From Gemmatimonadaceae bacterium (GTDB lineage Bacteria; Gemmatimonadota; Gemmatimonadetes; Gemmatimonadales; Gemmatimonadaceae), in the NCBI GenBank assembly GCA_051859245.1, contig JBHYGA010000005.1:731537-795536 (forward strand): a stretch of DNA of 64,000 nt. The letters are read 5' to 3'. The notes beneath the pieces were generated by a model that saw only the letters and a program-made list of their open reading frames with translations, made no database searches and was not told the DNA's origin. Below, piece by piece: positions 59,986 through 64,000 of this stretch (the stretch's first letter is position 1; the number at the start of each line of letters is the position of its first letter). Position numbers and translations under genes: made by a program.

Positions 59986-61875
59986 GTGATGGTCTGGCTG
60001 CTGGCGACCTTGATCGCCCTGATCGGCGCGTGGATCGCGTACGGCCCACTGTGGCGCGCACCGTCGTCGGCACGCGGATCTCTCGCCGACGAACTCTCGC
60101 GCCCCGTCACCCCCACGCGTTCGTCGTCACTCGCGCTCGGTGCGTTGCGTGCCGGCGCATATCTGTGTCTGATCGCCATGTTGCTCGGTGCGCCGTCTGG
60201 CGCGCGCGAGCCGCTCGCGCCGCTCGCCGTACTCGATGTATCGCAGAGTTGGTTGCGCGGCGGCAGCAACGCGCAGTGGCGTGCGGCGCTCGATTCGATG
60301 CGCGCCGTTGGTGGCGATAGCGTCCTGCTCTTTGGTGACTCGGCGCGCATTGTATCGCGCGGTGATGTGGATGAGAGCTTCGCGCGCGATCAGCGATCAC
60401 TGTTGCAGCCCGTGATCGATCAGGCCACCGCATTGGGTCGAGCTGTTGCGGTGATCACAGATGCAGAGCTCGATGATCCCGCCGCGATGTTGCGTTTGCC
60501 GGCGGGATCACGCGTAGTGCGGATGGCGCATGCGCGTGCGGTCGACGCGGCGGTGGCGCAGCTCGACGTGCCAACGTTTGCCACCGGTGGTGACTCTATC
60601 GTCGTGTCCGCAACGATTGTGGCCGGCAACGATAGTGTGCGCAGTGCGGCGTTCGTGGTACTGCTCGACAATGCCGAGCTCGCACGTACGCCGGTTCGTG
60701 TGCTTGAACCGTTTGCGTCGCAGCAGCAGGAGTTGCGAGTCGCGTTGCCGCGCGGCGCTGGCGAGCGCGAACTCTCGGCCGTTGTGATTGCAACCGGTGA
60801 CAATGTTTCGCACAACGACACGCTGTCGAGCATCATCGAGGTGAGTGATCGTCCGCGCGTGGTGTTTGTCTCAACGAGCCCGGATCTAGACGTGCGCGAA
60901 GCACTGCGCGTATTGCGCGGTTCGGTGAGGCTGCCGGTTCGCGGATACCTGCGCGTTGCGCCTGGCATCTGGCGTGAAGAGGGCACGCTTGCCGCGGTCA
61001 GCGAAACCGATGTGCAGTCGCGCGCGGCCGCCGCTGGTTTGCTCGTGCTGCATGGTGACTCGCTCTGGAATGGCGTGGTAGCCGCCAGACGCGGACCGGT
61101 TGTGGTGTGGTCGCCGGCGCCAGCGCCCGTTGCGGCACGACCCGGCGAAATCAATCGACAGGTCGAATGGTACGTCTCGCGCATTCCGGCGTCGCCACTT
61201 ACAAGCGCGCTTGCGGCGTTGCCACTGGATTCACTGCCGCCGTTGGATGTTGGTGGCGCGACTATCGGTGGTATTCCGGTGCTTGAAGCCCGCGCGGGTC
61301 GTGCCGGAGACCCGCGAGTGATTGCGGCCGTGGGTAGCGACGCAGGGCCGAGACGCCTTCGCGTGTCTGGGTCGGGCTACGCGGCGTGGGCGTTGCGAGG
61401 CGGCCGATCGGCAGACGCCTTCACCGCACTCTGGGGGGCGATGTTCGACTGGATGGCCGCGTCGCAAACCGATGGCGCCAGCGCGTCACTGGCCGCGAAC
61501 GTTGTGCGCGCTGGTGACCCGCTGCGTTGGCGACGCGGTGGTACCGATAGCGTGGTGACCGCCGAGATCACGAGTGCGACAGGCGGCGTAGACTCGGTCG
61601 TACTGCGCTTTTCTGCAACGCAGGATCTGGTGGAAACGGCGTCGCTCACCGAAGGCCGATACAGTGTACGAACCGGTGAGACAACACGACGCCTGGTGGT
61701 GAACCCGTCTCGTGAATGGGTGCCGCGCGCACCAACGCCCGCGCCAGACGTATCGGCCGCCGGCGCGCCATTGATGGCCGCACGTCCGCTGATCGAGCGC
61801 ACGTGGCCGTTTGTGCTGGCACTGCTCCTGTTGAGCGGCGAGTGGTTACTGCGCCGCCGCGTGGGCCTGCGCTAA
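59986..61875 (+). CDS. Hypothetical membrane protein (partial vWA-like and Ig-like domains)
   Basis: N-terminal TMs, VLDVSQS and VITDAE degenerate MIDAS-like motifs, C-terminal TM with EWLLRRRVGL. Confidence 0.65.
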   Translation: MMVWLLATLIALIGAWIAYGPLWRAPSSARGSLADELSRPVTPTRSSSLALGALRAGAYLCLIAMLLGAPSGAREPLAPLAVLDVSQSWLRGGSNAQWRAALDSMRAVGGDSVLLFGDSARIVSRGDVDESFARDQRSLLQPVIDQATALGRAVAVITDAELDDPAAMLRLPAGSRVVRMAHARAVDAAVAQLDVPTFATGGDSIVVSATIVAGNDSVRSAAFVVLLDNAELARTPVRVLEPFASQQQELRVALPRGAGERELSAVVIATGDNVSHNDTLSSIIEVSDRPRVVFVSTSPDLDVREALRVLRGSVRLPVRGYLRVAPGIWREEGTLAAVSETDVQSRAAAAGLLVLHGDSLWNGVVAARRGPVVVWSPAPAPVAARPGEINRQVEWYVSRIPASPLTSALAALPLDSLPPLDVGGATIGGIPVLEARAGRAGDPRVIAAVGSDAGPRRLRVSGSGYAAWALRGGRSADAFTALWGAMFDWMAASQTDGASASLAANVVRAGDPLRWRRGGTDSVVTAEITSATGGVDSVVLRFSATQDLVETASLTEGRYSVRTGETTRRLVVNPSREWVPRAPTPAPDVSAAGAPLMAARPLIERTWPFVLALLLLSGEWLLRRRVGLR

Positions 61876-61904
61876 GTTTCAGGGATACTCGTCACAGGTA
61901 CGAC

Positions 61905-62837
61905 ATGGCTCGATTATTCAAACGCGAGGGCGACACGCCCAAGCGTTCGCTCTGGCAAAAAGTCAAAGACCTCGCGCGCACCGACTTTGGTGTGCTGCTG
62001 CGTGGTGGCGTTGATCCGGGTTCGCTCGAAGCACTCGAGACGATGTTGCTCGAGTCGGATTTTGGCGTGCCCACAACGCTGCGACTGGTCGAAGAGGTTG
62101 AGCGCCTGGCCAAGCGCGGCGCGATCGAAACCGAAGACGAATTCCGTGAGGCGCTTCGCGTTGGTATTCGTGATGCACTCACCGCGGGTGAAAGCAATCC
62201 AGCGCTTCGCTACTCGGCCACTGCACCGACTGTCTTGCTGGTGATCGGTGTAAACGGTGCCGGCAAGACCACGTTCATTGGCAAGCTGGCCACTCGACTG
62301 CGCGGTGAAGGAAAGCGCGTGCTGGTTGGTGCCGCTGATACGTTTCGCGCTGGCGCGATTGATCAGCTCCGTGTGTGGGCCGAACGTGCCGGTGCCGACT
62401 TTGTGGGTGCACAGGCGGGTGCGGATCCGGCTGCGGTGGCATTCGACGCGATCGATGCCGCGGCAAAGCGCGGCTGCGATGTGGTGATTGTTGACACCGC
62501 TGGTCGTTTGCATACCAGCAGCGACCTCATGACCGAGCTCAAGAAAATTCATCGTGTGCTCGGCAAACGACTTGACGATGCGCCGCACGAAGTGCTGCTG
62601 GTGCTCGACGGTACGATTGGTCAGAATGCACTCGCGCAGGCGCGCACGTTCAGCGCGGCGGTGCCGGTGACGGGATTGGTTGTCACCAAGCTTGACGGTA
62701 CCGCGAAGGGCGGCGTTGTCGTGGCTGTACACGAAGCATTGAACGTGCCGATCAAGTTTGTCGGCATGGGCGAAAAGGCGCAGGATCTTGAGGCCTTTGA
62801 TGCCGATCGTTTTGCCACGGAGCTCGTCTCGTCGTGA
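61905..62837 (+). CDS. ftsY: SRP receptor FtsY
   Basis: GVNGAGKTT, DTFRAGA, DTAGR, TKLDGTAKGG. Confidence 0.97.
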   Translation: MARLFKREGDTPKRSLWQKVKDLARTDFGVLLRGGVDPGSLEALETMLLESDFGVPTTLRLVEEVERLAKRGAIETEDEFREALRVGIRDALTAGESNPALRYSATAPTVLLVIGVNGAGKTTFIGKLATRLRGEGKRVLVGAADTFRAGAIDQLRVWAERAGADFVGAQAGADPAAVAFDAIDAAAKRGCDVVIVDTAGRLHTSSDLMTELKKIHRVLGKRLDDAPHEVLLVLDGTIGQNALAQARTFSAAVPVTGLVVTKLDGTAKGGVVVAVHEALNVPIKFVGMGEKAQDLEAFDADRFATELVSS

Positions 62838-64000
62838 GTGCGGCGGAGGATTCGGCTCGGCGGCGACGCCGCACCGGGCCGCCTCCGCGACTCACGCTCG
62901 ATACGCCGGTCACGTATCTCAAAGGCGTTGGTCCAGCGCGCGCGGAATCGCTGCAGCGACTCGGCATACGTGTGGCTGGTGATCTGCTGCGCCACGTACC
63001 GCATCGCTACGAAGACGCGAGCACCGTCACGCCAATTGCCAAAGCAGCCGTTGGTGCCGATGTCACGGTGCTTGGTCAGGTCGTGGCCACCGGCGTGCTG
63101 CCCACGCGCAAAGGCTTGCGTGTGTTTCAGGCGGTGATCAAGGATTCATCCGGCTTGCTTGAGCTCGCCTGGCCTGGTCAACCGTTTCTTGAGCGCACCA
63201 TCAACAAAGGTGACTGGTTGTTGTGCACGGGCGAGGTGCGCTTTCATCACGGTCGGCGTTTGCAGCCTCGCGAGTTTGTGAATCTCGGCGCCGGTGATGA
63301 GAGTTCACTCGAAGGTCGCGTGCTGGCGGTGTATCCGGCCACGGAAGGATTAAGCGTACGGTGGTTGCGCACATTGGTCGATGCGCATCTCGACGCGCTG
63401 CTGCCGCAGATCAAGGAGCCGTTGCCGGCCGAGCTCTTGAAGGAGGCGGGTGTGCTGCCGCTGCCCGATGCGCTCCGGCGCATGCATCGACCGGCGTCCG
63501 TGGCCGACGCGCGGCTGGGACGCGAACGTCTCGCGTGGGAAGAGTTGTTGTGCGTGCACCTATTGCACAAACGTGCGAACATTCTTTCGCGCGAAACCCG
63601 TGTTGGTGTGCAGTTCGAAAATCGCAAAGTACTCACGCGCCAGTTGCGTGAGGCGCTGCCGTTTACGCTCACTGGCGCACAGATCCGAGCGGTGCGCGAG
63701 ATCGTCGGTGATCTGTGCAGCCCGAAGCGCATGCATCGGCTGTTGCAGGGAGACGTAGGCAGCGGCAAAACTGTCGTCGCACTGTTCTCCGCGCTGCTGG
63801 TCATGGAGAATGGATTTCAGGCGGCGATCATGGCGCCCACGGAGTTGCTCGCCGAGCAGCATGCGCGCACGGCGGAACGGCTGCTCGCACCGCTCGGTAT
63901 TTCCCCGGTACTGCTTACGGGTCGGTTGGGCGCGAAAGAGCGACGGGCAGCGCTCACGCGTATTGCGTCTGTGGAACCGGTGCTTGCGATCGGTACACAC
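62834..64000 (+). CDS. recG: ATP-dependent DNA helicase RecG (runs off window end; not in ORF track)
   Basis: Hand translation gives YLKGVGPARA, VPHRYED, LPFTLTGAQ, MHRLLQGDVGSGKT, MAPTELLAEQH. Confidence 0.95.
   Translation, partial: MSAAEDSARRRRRTGPPPRLTLDTPVTYLKGVGPARAESLQRLGIRVAGDLLRHVPHRYEDASTVTPIAKAAVGADVTVLGQVVATGVLPTRKGLRVFQAVIKDSSGLLELAWPGQPFLERTINKGDWLLCTGEVRFHHGRRLQPREFVNLGAGDESSLEGRVLAVYPATEGLSVRWLRTLVDAHLDALLPQIKEPLPAELLKEAGVLPLPDALRRMHRPASVADARLGRERLAWEELLCVHLLHKRANILSRETRVGVQFENRKVLTRQLREALPFTLTGAQIRAVREIVGDLCSPKRMHRLLQGDVGSGKTVVALFSALLVMENGFQAAIMAPTELLAEQHARTAERLLAPLGISPVLLTGRLGAKERRAALTRIASVEPVLAIGTH

Overview
A GC-rich bacterial chromosomal window starting at a probable low-quality contig end. 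Gene content and order resemble Gemmatimonadota; this is an inference, not a database result. 0.1-9.2 kb holds accessory genes: a secreted hypothetical, nitronate monooxygenase, YbjT-like SDR, CruG-like carotenoid glycosyltransferase, a long palindromic element, PfpI protease, glnK-amtB and a 54-aa membrane ORF absent from the ORF track. From 9.3 kb to the end every gene is on the + strand: tilS-hpt-ftsH-cdaA, then yggS-divIVA-PNP-ileS-dksA-like-lspA-lspA-rluD, a ~16 kb chemosensory block, a peptidase, a small membrane ORF, tRNA-Val, a secreted TPR protein, the dcw cluster (rsmH to ftsZ), an M23 peptidase, a membrane protein, ftsY and a truncated recG. The most striking feature is the chemosensory block. 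It has cheW-cheY-cheA-cheC and cheR-cheD-cheB-cheW-cheW but no chemoreceptor. Between the two halves sit a large TPR protein, two DUF4388 (PATAN) proteins, an MglA GTPase without MglB, and a protein made of two intact DnaA AAA+ modules lacking DnaA's DNA-binding domain. No CRISPR array, transposase, integrase or phage gene was seen.
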